From a virus: a DNA stretch of 64,000 bases. The notes under the pieces are model-generated. The model searched no databases, was not told the DNA's origin, and worked only from the letters and a program-made list of their open reading frames with translations. Position numbers and translations under genes: made by a program. Shown one piece after another: positions 9,337-18,832 of this stretch. The stretch lies in IMG/VR virus record IMGVR_UViG_3300045988_174992. One strand, given 5' to 3'. Position 1 is the stretch's first letter; every line of letters starts with the position of its first letter.

Positions 9337-9547
9337 CTTTCTTCTCTTTCTTTTTCTTTTCTCTCAATTCTAGATACTTAATTACATAAAACAACCAACT
9401 TACAACAAAGAACATAAAAATATATGCTGTATATTGTATTGGTAATATTACAGAGTAAAATAATAAAATGACAATATTGACAATCATCAAATTATACCAT
9501 TTTGTACTCCAATATGTTTTTTGGCCAAAATACTGTGAATCATCCAT
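9311..9547 (-). CDS. small integral membrane protein
   Basis: 78 aa with two hydrophobic stretches and a basic C-terminus. Confidence 0.55.
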   Translation of the reverse strand: MDDSQYFGQKTYWSTKWYNLMIVNIVILLFYSVILPIQYTAYIFMFFVVSWLFYVIKYLELREKKKKEKKDGLEITDK

Positions 9548-10007
9548 GTTTTGTCTTCAATTTATTTACTTCATTACCGTAATCAAATGCATTCAAAAGC
9601 TTATTTATAGTTAATTTCAGCTGTTCTGGTGTAGTAGTATCATCTATGGCATCTACTCCAGACCAAGCAATACTTGAATACTCTGATCTTTCATACATAC
9701 AAATACTGTTACCAATAGCTGTAGAATTAGAGAAACAGATTTCAATAGACTTACCATAGAATCGTGGACCTTTGTACAATCTTTCTACTCTATCAACGAT
9801 CATATAATTAGTAGAAACATATACTGCACCTATCATCTTCTTTGTAATGATGATCTTTCCAACAAAACGTTCAACATCATATTTTTGAATTTCAATTTCA
9901 TCTATCTGCTTCTGAATATTCTGTTGTTCATCAGCTAGCTTGTTTCTTTTTAGACGTAGATCATCTTGCTTTTTCTGCAATTCATCGAATTTTTCTTTCT
10001 CGATCAT
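9540..10007 (-). CDS. hypothetical protein (N-terminal coiled coil)
   Basis: 155-aa ORF in the minus-strand gene train. Confidence 0.6.
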   Translation of the reverse strand: MIEKEKFDELQKKQDDLRLKRNKLADEQQNIQKQIDEIEIQKYDVERFVGKIIITKKMIGAVYVSTNYMIVDRVERLYKGPRFYGKSIEICFSNSTAIGNSICMYERSEYSSIAWSGVDAIDDTTTPEQLKLTINKLLNAFDYGNEVNKLKTKHG

Positions 10008-10032
10008 TTTCTTTCCTTTATATATTTATATT

Positions 10033-10554
10033 TTAATCATGTGGTTCGTATGTATTAGTATGCTTGTAATGTTCATACTCCATACTGAACAAGTACCATC
10101 TCTTATATTTTGTCAACCAACTGATTGGGCATACTTTATGAATATCTTCATTACCAAAGAAGATACCATTTTCAGCACAATAGTATTCACGTTTCTTACC
10201 TGTTCTAGGATCAACCAATACAATGAACTTCTCACCAGTATTTTCATCTACATAATACTTTTCTACTTCATCTTCATTTGTGTATACTAGAACTTTCTCA
10301 TAATATTCTGTATCATATAGAACGAATGCAGCTAATCTTGGCAATGTTTCTTTCTTTGTCTTAGCATAACCAAGCTCATGAAAACTTACCATTGTTGCAG
10401 TATTTCCATGTTCCTTAGTCTTAGCTTCTTCAAAAGCTTCAACATCTTCTTGAGTCATCATAGATTCTGTCTCATAGATGGCTGTATACTCAAGATAAGG
10501 AATTGTTGATGTAGCAGATATGTCTACACGATAGTTTACTAAATACTTTCTCAT
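10033..10554 (-). CDS. hypothetical protein (LV[NS]Y[KR]V N-terminal family)
   Basis: Begins MRKYLVNYRV, like 20251.., 20518.. and 23981... First gene after promoter 10583..10614. Confidence 0.6.
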   Translation of the reverse strand: MRKYLVNYRVDISATSTIPYLEYTAIYETESMMTQEDVEAFEEAKTKEHGNTATMVSFHELGYAKTKKETLPRLAAFVLYDTEYYEKVLVYTNEDEVEKYYVDENTGEKFIVLVDPRTGKKREYYCAENGIFFGNEDIHKVCPISWLTKYKRWYLFSMEYEHYKHTNTYEPHD

Positions 10555-10582
10555 TTTAATTATATTTTAATTATTAACAATT

Positions 10583-10614
10583 ATAATATAGAACTTTTTA
10601 AGTAAATTTCAAAA
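10583..10614 (-). promoter_or_regulatory. phage promoter, TTTGAAAT / TTCTATATT class
   Basis: Reverse complement reads TTTGAAAT-N13-TTCTATATTAT. Upstream of 10033..10554, directly after a terminator. Confidence 0.6.
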
Positions 10615-10620
10615 TAATGC

Positions 10621-10649
10621 AAAAAAGGATGATCTTAAGATCATCCTTT
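10621..10649 (-). terminator. rho-independent terminator
   Basis: AAAGGATGATC-TTAA-GATCATCCTTT followed by a T6 run on the minus strand. Confidence 0.75.
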
Positions 10650-10658
10650 CTACATATT

Positions 10659-10979
10659 TTAGTTTATCATCTTCGAAATTCTGTCATAATAAACATTTGA
10701 CATGATTTTACAAAATGTACCTTGGTCAATAACAAACTTATCAACAACATGTCCTCCATTAGAAATTGTCACTTTAATATTCAATGAGTTAGGTGAATTC
10801 CATCCCACATTCATCGGTCTCATATTGGTGTAAGCAACTATTTTATTTCCAGGAAACATTTTATGATCTACCATGAACTGGGTAATATGGCTCTTTTCAC
10901 CAATATAGCATTCAAATGAAAATCCATATTCATTCTTCCAGTTTACTTTTCTATTTATATATCTCATAGTCTTATCCAA
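10659..10979 (-). CDS. hypothetical protein
   Basis: 106-aa ORF followed by a terminator. Confidence 0.6.
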   Translation of the reverse strand: MDKTMRYINRKVNWKNEYGFSFECYIGEKSHITQFMVDHKMFPGNKIVAYTNMRPMNVGWNSPNSLNIKVTISNGGHVVDKFVIDQGTFCKIMSNVYYDRISKMIN

Positions 10980-10990
10980 TATTGAGTTAT

Positions 10991-11749
10991 TTATTTGAAG
11001 TTCTTATACTTGTCAATGTACTCCTGTGGAGAAAGAATATTGGTATCATCAGGAACATCAGTTACCTTAGCTTCTGCAATCTCATCAATCTTGCTTGTTC
11101 TTTCCATAACAGTCATCTCATTAGTATAGTCGCCCATCAAATCACTCAAGTCAATATCAAACTTAACAGCCTTAGAACATGAATTAGCAATATAAGTTGA
11201 AATCAATGTAAGTACCTCTGCTCGTTTCATCTCAATCTTGTTGCTAAGCTTAGCCATTGTTGCATTGACACTCATCACTTGATTCCTCAAATTATCCAAT
11301 GATTTCTGAGATGCAGCAATTGACTTATCAAGCTGTTCTACCTGCATTACCATCTGGCCACCAATATTAGGATCCGAATCAGGATTTTCCTTCATCTTCA
11401 AGATGGATGATACAATATTATGCTTCGCATTTTGCAACTTAGTGATATTGCTGTTGATATTTGATTCAGTATTTGTGAGATTTACAATTACTTTCTTTAC
11501 TTCATCAACCTTAGCGGCTTTATAATCATCCAATGCATCAAGCATTTCTTGCTGGATATCTTCCGGTGTTCGCAACTTACGATTCAAATCATCCATATAA
11601 TGTGAGAACTTCTTCTGAAGAGTACATGCTAGCTTCTCACCAGAACTCTTCTTGTAATTAGCTTTCTTTCGTCCACTAAGATAGCATACTACCAAGAAAG
11701 TTACAACTACGATTACAATACCTAAAATTACATTTGTTACCATTTCCAT
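10991..11749 (-). CDS. membrane-anchored coiled-coil protein
   Basis: N-terminal hydrophobic helix (VILGIVIVVVTFLVVCYL), then long heptad-like segments. Confidence 0.6.
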   Translation of the reverse strand: MEMVTNVILGIVIVVVTFLVVCYLSGRKKANYKKSSGEKLACTLQKKFSHYMDDLNRKLRTPEDIQQEMLDALDDYKAAKVDEVKKVIVNLTNTESNINSNITKLQNAKHNIVSSILKMKENPDSDPNIGGQMVMQVEQLDKSIAASQKSLDNLRNQVMSVNATMAKLSNKIEMKRAEVLTLISTYIANSCSKAVKFDIDLSDLMGDYTNEMTVMERTSKIDEIAEAKVTDVPDDTNILSPQEYIDKYKNFK

Positions 11750-11751
11750 TT

Positions 11752-12060
11752 TTATTTACTTAATTTTCTAATTAATTTATTAATATCTGATTGCAAATCT
11801 TCTTCTGCATATTTATTCAATTCATTCTGCTTATTTCTGTTTCTTCTTTCATTCTCATTGTAATATTGATTAAACTTACTATAAGAAATGAATGGGGCAC
11901 AATAGAAGTTTTCAGTTATTGAATTTCCTGTTATATCTTCATAATTATATCTGTTTTCTGACTTGAATACCCATCTGAATGCATTTACAATAAAATAGAA
12001 TACTACGCAGATATTTGTACATCTATAGAATGCCCACCAGAATCTTTCTGTTTCACACAT
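11752..12060 (-). CDS. hypothetical protein
   Basis: 102-aa ORF. It overlaps 12003..12263 by 58 nt, so one of the two boundaries is uncertain. Confidence 0.45.
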   Translation of the reverse strand: MCETERFWWAFYRCTNICVVFYFIVNAFRWVFKSENRYNYEDITGNSITENFYCAPFISYSKFNQYYNENERRNRNKQNELNKYAEEDLQSDINKLIRKLSK

Positions 12061-12263
12061 CTTTCTAGACTAGGTATATTGCTATGACAGATAATAGTTG
12101 TGAAGAAAATTACTGTTGTAATAGCAACAACTGTATAGATAACTAAAAATGATATGTCACATACCACCAAATTATATTTTGCATCTTTCTTTGGAAGATA
12201 CATGCATCCAAAAATTCCAAGCAAATTTGCTCTAATCCATTGTAATAATTTATTATTCATCAT
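12003..12263 (-). CDS. small membrane protein
   Basis: 86 aa with hydrophobic segments. Overlaps the downstream ORF. Confidence 0.45.
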   Translation of the reverse strand: MMNNKLLQWIRANLLGIFGCMYLPKKDAKYNLVVCDISFLVIYTVVAITTVIFFTTIICHSNIPSLERCVKQKDSGGHSIDVQISA

Positions 12264-12272
12264 ATTTTTAAC

Positions 12273-12560
12273 TTATTTCTGTATAGACAACTGAGTATAC
12301 AAATCACCAATAAATGAATCAAGATTCCATCTTCCTGTAGTAGTACCGTGAAAACGATATCTTGTACCACATTTAGGACATTCATTTACCATCATCAATC
12401 CAAGATCTCCACTATCACACCAACCAATTACATGATTAGTATCTTGTGTATTGCATTCTGGACATCTGAAATCTTTTACATAAGGATCTGTTGATTCTCT
12501 TTTCAGTTTCAACAACTTATCCCATCTAGAACCTAATAGTTCTTTCCAAGTCTTTTCCAT
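12273..12560 (-). CDS. zinc-ribbon protein
   Basis: CPECN...CPKCG (two CxxC pairs). 95 aa. Confidence 0.6.
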   Translation of the reverse strand: MEKTWKELLGSRWDKLLKLKRESTDPYVKDFRCPECNTQDTNHVIGWCDSGDLGLMMVNECPKCGTRYRFHGTTTGRWNLDSFIGDLYTQLSIQK

Positions 12561-12607
12561 TTATTTCTTAATTGATGTTACAATGTTGTTAATTTTTATA
12601 CATAATA

Positions 12608-12636
12608 AATATAGAATACATATCAGGAATTTCAAA
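12608..12636 (-). promoter_or_regulatory. phage promoter, TTTGAAAT / TTCTATATT class
   Basis: Reverse complement reads TTTGAAAT-N12-TTCTATATT. Upstream of 12273..12560. Confidence 0.55.
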
Positions 12637-12640
12637 TAGA

Positions 12641-12877
12641 ATGAATCAAAATTATAAAAAAATACAAGGGCTACCTCTTTCAGCATTACAACCTATGATA
12701 TTAGGAAAGAATGTTGAAATGGTAGCCACATGTTATCTATTTCCAGATTTTCATGTTGTTGGAATAGTATATAAAATTGAACAACCATCAAATACTTGTA
12801 TCATATATGTAAAAGAAAAGAACAGAATAGTAAAAGTTGATGGTGGAATGAATGGTTTGTCATTTATTTACCAATAA
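12641..12877 (+). CDS. possible lone plus-strand small ORF
   Basis: 78-aa ORF filling a 307-bp gap that has no minus-strand ORF. No recognisable promoter or motif. Confidence 0.3.
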   Translation: MNQNYKKIQGLPLSALQPMILGKNVEMVATCYLFPDFHVVGIVYKIEQPSNTCIIYVKEKNRIVKVDGGMNGLSFIYQ

Positions 12878-13440
12878 CCACTATTCAATGTTCCATTCTT
12901 TCTTGCTTCTTTTACTTGTGCTTCTCTTATCTTTATATCTAATATAAGTTTACCTAATGGTTTCAAGAATGGCTTAATAGTTTTTTGTACTGGATATTCT
13001 TTATTTTCTTTATTACAATGGCTAACCCATTGATTTTCTACATAAGAATCATATAATGCATCTTCTTCTGGCTTCTTCAATTCTCCTGTTATGCTATTTA
13101 CATTATTCATCATTGAAAGAATACCTTCCCAATAGCAAACATCAAATGCTTCTTCATCATATTTTGGTGCTATAAAATCAATATGAAGAGAAATATATCT
13201 GAATAAAGTAATTTCTATATATGGATCTTCTTCATATTCAAGCATCCCATATTTGCTTTTCCAACCTAATCCAACCCCATATATTTCTAATATATTCATT
13301 GGATCTACACCATGATACTTTCTCTTCAAAAATCTAAATTTCATCTTTGGTTTCATGAAGTACCTTCTTCCATACTTCTCCCATATTTCTAATGGATTTT
13401 CCCAATCGATTTTAAATAAATTATAAAACTTCCAATACAT
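12868..13440 (-). CDS. hypothetical protein
   Basis: 190-aa ORF in the gene train. Confidence 0.6.
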   Translation of the reverse strand: MYWKFYNLFKIDWENPLEIWEKYGRRYFMKPKMKFRFLKRKYHGVDPMNILEIYGVGLGWKSKYGMLEYEEDPYIEITLFRYISLHIDFIAPKYDEEAFDVCYWEGILSMMNNVNSITGELKKPEEDALYDSYVENQWVSHCNKENKEYPVQKTIKPFLKPLGKLILDIKIREAQVKEARKNGTLNSGYW

Positions 13441-13457
13441 TATTTTATATGAATTAT

Positions 13458-14711
13458 TTAGTTACTGCCATTCATCATATTCATGATGATTTCTTTCTTT
13501 TTTGGAGTCATATTTTCTAATATCTTATCAGTTGCATCTTTCAAAGTCATCTTTACTGTTGATAGAGAAACACCTTCATTTTCCGCTAATTCTGATACTG
13601 ACATGCTGTAAGGCATGCCAACACCATATCGTTTCTTCATCATTCTCTTTGCAGTAGGTGACAATGGTTCTAACAATTCATCTATAGCATTCCTCAAGCT
13701 AGATATACGTTCTTCTTCATCTAACTTATTGTCTTCAATGATGAATTCATCATTAGCCATCTTGCTTATATCATTATCATGATAGCAATCATCTGTATAA
13801 GGATTGATTCCATCTAATCTTATTATATCAGCTAATTTTGTTCCTTTACCAGCATTAGGTACTCTTACAACTTGACCTTGTCTTGATATATCTACTAATA
13901 TGCTTGCACGAATCCATTGAAATGCAACAGAAGCAAATACTGCAGTCTTTACATTCTTATCAACCCAAGCATAGAATTCTGATGTATTGTTGAATCCATC
14001 GACAGGTAATTTGCTCAATGTTTCATCAAGAAGCTTATCATAAGTAAATCCTTCTTTTATTATGCTCTTAGCTTTTTCATAGCATATAGGACTATCCTCA
14101 TCACATTCTAGCTTTATCTTTTGCTTGATAGAATTTCTCAGATTTGCTTTAGATGTATCAAATCTGTCGAATGCCGCTATCAATCCTTCATTACCAGATT
14201 GAATCAAATCATCAAATGGCATACCAAGATTCTGATAACGTTTAGCACAGTTTACAACTAATTTAAGATTGTTCTTTAAGAATATATCTCTATTTTCATC
14301 ACAGAATACTAAATCATCACATTCATTTTGTGGATGCTCTATATATTGCTTCTTTACTTCATTGAAGTATCTGTCTATATTGTTGTCAAAAGTCTTATCA
14401 GTATACTGCTTTACTAAACTTGCTCTTGCTTTTTTCTTAGCGGCAAGATATAATGTAGTTGCATCTGTTCTAGAAATAAATGGAGCTACTCTCATAGCTT
14501 CATCTATATAAGTACAAATGATATCCTTTTCATGACAATCCCTTATAGATCTTATTTCATCCTTCATTAACTGAATCCAATCTGCGAGGAAATTATCTTC
14601 TTCTATACCTAACCAAGGGCCAAATACAGGATATTTCTTTTTCAATGCTTTTACAAAGTCAACAATACGCTTTGTATTTGTTTTATTTATAGTTACTTTA
14701 ATACGTGGCAC
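13458..14711 (-). CDS. sigma-70-family RNA polymerase sigma factor (phage-encoded)
   Basis: Region 2: [49 protein letters not shown] is region 2.3/2.4-like. C-terminal HTH: [27 protein letters not shown] start. Confidence 0.8.
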   Translation of the reverse strand: MPRIKVTINKTNTKRIVDFVKALKKKYPVFGPWLGIEEDNFLADWIQLMKDEIRSIRDCHEKDIICTYIDEAMRVAPFISRTDATTLYLAAKKKARASLVKQYTDKTFDNNIDRYFNEVKKQYIEHPQNECDDLVFCDENRDIFLKNNLKLVVNCAKRYQNLGMPFDDLIQSGNEGLIAAFDRFDTSKANLRNSIKQKIKLECDEDSPICYEKAKSIIKEGFTYDKLLDETLSKLPVDGFNNTSEFYAWVDKNVKTAVFASVAFQWIRASILVDISRQGQVVRVPNAGKGTKLADIIRLDGINPYTDDCYHDNDISKMANDEFIIEDNKLDEEERISSLRNAIDELLEPLSPTAKRMMKKRYGVGMPYSMSVSELAENEGVSLSTVKMTLKDATDKILENMTPKKKEIIMNMMNGSN

Positions 14712-14802
14712 TTTTTACTTTTTACATGTATTTTCAATACAATTAAAATAGTAAAAATACCACGTATTATTCAAACATACAAATGTTAAATATTATTAAA
14801 AT

Positions 14803-15387
14803 TTAAGATAGAGCCTTTTTAATCTCATCTAGCTTTTCTTTATGTTCTTTTATTTCTTCTACAGTTGCCAATCTGATAGTAGTATGAAGCAATTTGTTAT
14901 TTTCTTGGACATGAAATTCTTCAGTATCATGATCTTTAACTAATGGAATAAATCCAACTCCTGCATCTATACCACCAGCTAAGATTTGACAACCACGATG
15001 CCAACTTTTATCAATATTGATACCAAACTTTGGAATCTTATCATTCCAAGAAAATCCAGTAACTTCAAACCCTTTATAATATCCAATACTTACAGGGGCA
15101 TTAGCACTTATCTTAAATTCTTTCGTCTTAGTATCATATTCCATATTAGGTGAAACAGCAACCATATCACCTTTCTTGATACCTAAACTAGTAATATACT
15201 TGTCTTCAAATTCTTTTTCAACAAACTTTCTAAGATTGTTTGCCCAATATACTGCTTTGTTGAATGCATAATAAGTATCAGCATCATCTACCAATCTTTC
15301 TGTACCATCTATATCGTTAATTGCAAATCTGTCTTCCTCTATAGTGACATTACATCTCTTGGAAACTTTTACTTTCTTGAACTCCAT
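14803..15387 (-). CDS. hypothetical protein
   Basis: 194-aa ORF in the gene train. Confidence 0.6.
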   Translation of the reverse strand: MEFKKVKVSKRCNVTIEEDRFAINDIDGTERLVDDADTYYAFNKAVYWANNLRKFVEKEFEDKYITSLGIKKGDMVAVSPNMEYDTKTKEFKISANAPVSIGYYKGFEVTGFSWNDKIPKFGINIDKSWHRGCQILAGGIDAGVGFIPLVKDHDTEEFHVQENNKLLHTTIRLATVEEIKEHKEKLDEIKKALS

Positions 15388-15393
15388 AGCATC

Positions 15394-15732
15394 TTACTTA
15401 ACTGTAATAGCAATATGATAATTGCCATTCTTTATTGTAGTGGAAAACATATAAGCGTATTTTACTGGTTTATTGAGAATATGAATAGGAATCTTCTTCA
15501 ATTCAGTATCAGAAATAATACCTCCTACATACTTTACTTCTACAATAGGTTCATCATACAACTCTTTAGCATTATATATCTGAACAGTACCTACACTATG
15601 GCATTTTCCATTCTGTTCTAACTCTTGAATATCATTCAACATTGACTGCAATGATGTACCAGAATCAAAATCTATAGAATAAAGGGCAACCATGGTCTCT
15701 TCATCTAATTGCTGAAAATTTAAGCTAATCAT
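15394..15732 (-). CDS. hypothetical protein
   Basis: 112-aa ORF in the gene train. Confidence 0.6.
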   Translation of the reverse strand: MISLNFQQLDEETMVALYSIDFDSGTSLQSMLNDIQELEQNGKCHSVGTVQIYNAKELYDEPIVEVKYVGGIISDTELKKIPIHILNKPVKYAYMFSTTIKNGNYHIAITVK

Positions 15733-15738
15733 AATAAT

Positions 15739-15972
15739 TTACAATCTAGAACCATAAACAAAACCTACTACTCTCATCTTATCACCAAACTTATCTTTAA
15801 TTGATACATTTGAATAACCTTTCTCTTCAACATCATCAACAATGACAACTTGATTTTGCGATACTCCAGTCATATCACAAACATATTCATTGACTTCATC
15901 AAGTGAATCAAAATTTATTGTTTGTCTAGTTGAATCAACATAAAGTGTATATGAATTAAATTTACTCTTCAT
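15739..15972 (-). CDS. hypothetical protein
   Basis: 77-aa ORF in the gene train. Confidence 0.55.
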   Translation of the reverse strand: MKSKFNSYTLYVDSTRQTINFDSLDEVNEYVCDMTGVSQNQVVIVDDVEEKGYSNVSIKDKFGDKMRVVGFVYGSRL

Positions 15973-16549
15973 TTCTCAATTTTGTTAGAATTTTTTCTAA
16001 TGTATATAAATCTGAATTTTCAATATTAACAGTAAATAAAGTATCTGTATTCAACATCAAACTCAATTCAGCAATATCTTTCTTCAGTTGCTTTTCTTTT
16101 CTGACTTTCTCTTTATATTCATCAAGAGCTTTAACAATACGCTTGTAATACTCGTCATTACTTTCATACTTCTTTTTAATGATATTTACATTAACATCAT
16201 AAGAAGTATTGCAGTTATATGCTTTGTATTCGTGTTCATCAAACTTTACTTCTGCATCTGAACCATACTTTTCTATTGCTTCATCTATAATAGATTTCAA
16301 ATCACCTAAAGTAGTATGCCCAAACGTAGAATCTGATGTTTTGAATCTCTCATCTGGAGTTCCAAATACTTCACCTTTACAATTTCTATCGTCACAATCC
16401 CAAGAATATTCATCTTTTTCTCTTGAATACTCTATCATTGGTACATTTACTGGCCAATATCCTCTATCTGGAACAACAAACCCTGGATATTCTCGTACAA
16501 TATCCTTTACAAGATCATCCAGGGTTTTTGCATTCATTTCTTTTTCCAT
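15962..16549 (-). CDS. hypothetical protein
   Basis: 195-aa ORF in the gene train. Confidence 0.6.
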   Translation of the reverse strand: MEKEMNAKTLDDLVKDIVREYPGFVVPDRGYWPVNVPMIEYSREKDEYSWDCDDRNCKGEVFGTPDERFKTSDSTFGHTTLGDLKSIIDEAIEKYGSDAEVKFDEHEYKAYNCNTSYDVNVNIIKKKYESNDEYYKRIVKALDEYKEKVRKEKQLKKDIAELSLMLNTDTLFTVNIENSDLYTLEKILTKLRNEE

Positions 16550-16561
16550 GAATATTTTATA

Positions 16562-16948
16562 TTAAAGAGTTTCTACAGGATCAGAAGTATTGAATGTGAA
16601 ATTGTCGCTAATAAACTGACTATAATCAGACTTATTGATTTTGTAATACTGTGGTGTTGTAGTATGTACATAATACTCATCATCTTTATCAGTTGGCTGA
16701 ATACCAATTACATAGTCATTCTTTACTACCAAGCCACTAACAAATGTATAGAACTCTGAACTAGAAAGACACTTCTTAAGGTATTCATAATCATTTTTAT
16801 TGATTTTGTAATACTGAGATGTTACTGTATGTACATAAAACTCATCCTTATCAAATGTGTTAGGCTGAATTCCTACAATATTTGAAAACTTAATAATCAA
16901 ACCATTTGAAAGTACTGCAAACTGTGAATTACTTGACTGTGTCATCAT
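16562..16948 (-). CDS. hypothetical protein with internally duplicated ~50-aa module
   Basis: Two copies of ..G[LI][IV]...[IV]IG[IV]QP....DE[FY]YVHT.T.QYYKINK.DY... A single-copy paralog lies at 21965..22180. Confidence 0.65.
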   Translation of the reverse strand: MMTQSSNSQFAVLSNGLIIKFSNIVGIQPNTFDKDEFYVHTVTSQYYKINKNDYEYLKKCLSSSEFYTFVSGLVVKNDYVIGIQPTDKDDEYYVHTTTPQYYKINKSDYSQFISDNFTFNTSDPVETL

Positions 16949-16993
16949 ATTATTTATAATTTAATTTTATATTTGTATTTATATTTTAATTTT

Positions 16994-17383
16994 TTAATCA
17001 AACAAACTTACTAGATAATCTTCAAGTTCACCATCGATATCTAAGCGACCACCTTGCCATGCTTTATCAACATCCATGCTGAACCATCCACCATCTACTG
17101 TTCTAGCAAACCAGATTAGATTCTTATCATAATCTTTGATATCACAAGCAATGATATAATCAGTTGTCTTATTCCAAATCCAATCATAAGCTTTAGATTC
17201 ACGTTCAAAAGCCTTCTTAACTTTATCAGGTGCATCATCATATACCATTACTTGCTTTACTGTTGCTTGATACATTCTGTTATATGAAATCTTACCATCA
17301 TCAAAGAACATGCAAGTCTGATTTACCTTTGGAATAGGCTTTTCATCAAATTTCATCTGCTTGCTATTAATTGTCTTACCCAT
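16994..17383 (-). CDS. hypothetical protein
   Basis: 129-aa ORF in the gene train. Confidence 0.6.
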   Translation of the reverse strand: MGKTINSKQMKFDEKPIPKVNQTCMFFDDGKISYNRMYQATVKQVMVYDDAPDKVKKAFERESKAYDWIWNKTTDYIIACDIKDYDKNLIWFARTVDGGWFSMDVDKAWQGGRLDIDGELEDYLVSLFD

Positions 17384-17402
17384 ATCTTATAATCATTTTA
17401 AA

Positions 17403-17756
17403 TTAATATACTTCTTCACAATCCAAATCTTCAAGATATGCATTATCTGTATCATAGTTGAAGAACTCATTTACACCGTCATCGTAAACATCAATGATAC
17501 GTTCTACATCATCAAAGTCAAATATAGGAGTACCTTCAACACCAAAGATTGATACTTCTTTGTTACCAAGAATCTTATATTCACCATTCTCATCTTTCTT
17601 TGAAAATGCAAGATTAATAGTAAGAGTATCATCATCCATAGTGAAAACAGTTGAAGTATCATCAAACTTGCAATTGAAAAGATAAGTATCTCCATTCAAA
17701 AGATTTACAACTGCTTTATCGAAAGAAATTTTATTTGTATTCATAATCATAATCAT
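17403..17756 (-). CDS. acidic promoter-proximal protein (paralog of 22220..22576)
   Basis: Starts ATGATTATGATTATG, is very D/E-rich, and is the first gene after promoter 17775..17803. Confidence 0.6.
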   Translation of the reverse strand: MIMIMNTNKISFDKAVVNLLNGDTYLFNCKFDDTSTVFTMDDDTLTINLAFSKKDENGEYKILGNKEVSIFGVEGTPIFDFDDVERIIDVYDDGVNEFFNYDTDNAYLEDLDCEEVY

Positions 17757-17774
17757 TAATGTTTTAACAATTAT

Positions 17775-17803
17775 AATATAGAAATTACAAATAAAATTTC
17801 AAA
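17775..17803 (-). promoter_or_regulatory. phage promoter, TTTGAAAT / TTCTATATT class
   Basis: Reverse complement reads TTTGAAAT-N12-TTCTATATTAT. Confidence 0.6.
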
Positions 17804-17812
17804 CTTTTTATA

Positions 17813-18799
17813 CTATTTATTTCGTCTCCAATGGCAATCTTTCAGATAGTCAAAACATGACTGACCACCATCGTCTTTATCTTTATTGTATTCTGCTAAT
17901 GTATCTACAATCTTTTCAATAGACTTGTCATTTACAGTATCAGGTACTTCATATCCAAGGAGCCAATCTACTTCTTTCATGATATTGTACCATTCATCGT
18001 CTGTTTGATATATAGGAGTAACAGACTTTGTTGCTGTATATGGAAACTTGTCAAAACAAGCATAAACAAGACCTACCATCAACTTTGCAACATCAAGCTC
18101 CTTGTCTGTCAAAACGTTAAATACTGGACTAAAAGACATTCTATATACAAACTTGCTTGCAAGTTTCATGTATGTTTTAGTTCTGTTATCTGCCTTCTTC
18201 TTCTGAGAATGTTCAATCTCATCCTTCAATCCATCAATATACTTGTCAATAGAATATTCAGACATCATGAATGTATAGTAGTCCTTTGAAATCTTTGGCA
18301 TCTTAGGTCCACAAACCTTAATCTTAAGCTTATCAAGCAAATCCATATTGCTATCCATATCTTCAAAGTAATACTGGATAGGACAATACTTTCTTCCACC
18401 GACCTTGATTACATTATTGAAGAATCTTGGCTTTGGAATCAAGTCATACATCATATTAGGATCTGATGTATCATTCACAATATACTTACATCCATTCTTC
18501 TTCAATGAATAGATAATAGTAATATGATATTCTCTTGCAATCTTTGCAGCACACTCCCAGAAATAATGTACAGGGTTGAAGTAACTATCTTCATTAATAG
18601 GCTTGCAAATAAGACATCTTACTTTACTGATATCTGAATATTTATCATCTAACCATTCGTTCAACATCTTGTTTGTATGCTTTTCAGCTAATACATTCAT
18701 GCTATCCATGTACTCACCACAAGTTCCATGTTCCATATCTTTGTAGATGAAGATATCAATATCAAACACACTCGCACACTTTCTAAGTTCTTCAGTCAT
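17813..18799 (-). CDS. hypothetical protein
   Basis: 328-aa ORF. No motif recognised. Confidence 0.65.
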   Translation of the reverse strand: MTEELRKCASVFDIDIFIYKDMEHGTCGEYMDSMNVLAEKHTNKMLNEWLDDKYSDISKVRCLICKPINEDSYFNPVHYFWECAAKIAREYHITIIYSLKKNGCKYIVNDTSDPNMMYDLIPKPRFFNNVIKVGGRKYCPIQYYFEDMDSNMDLLDKLKIKVCGPKMPKISKDYYTFMMSEYSIDKYIDGLKDEIEHSQKKKADNRTKTYMKLASKFVYRMSFSPVFNVLTDKELDVAKLMVGLVYACFDKFPYTATKSVTPIYQTDDEWYNIMKEVDWLLGYEVPDTVNDKSIEKIVDTLAEYNKDKDDGGQSCFDYLKDCHWRRNK

Positions 18800-18832
18800 A
18801 ATCTATCTATATTAATATTATTTTAATTCTGT

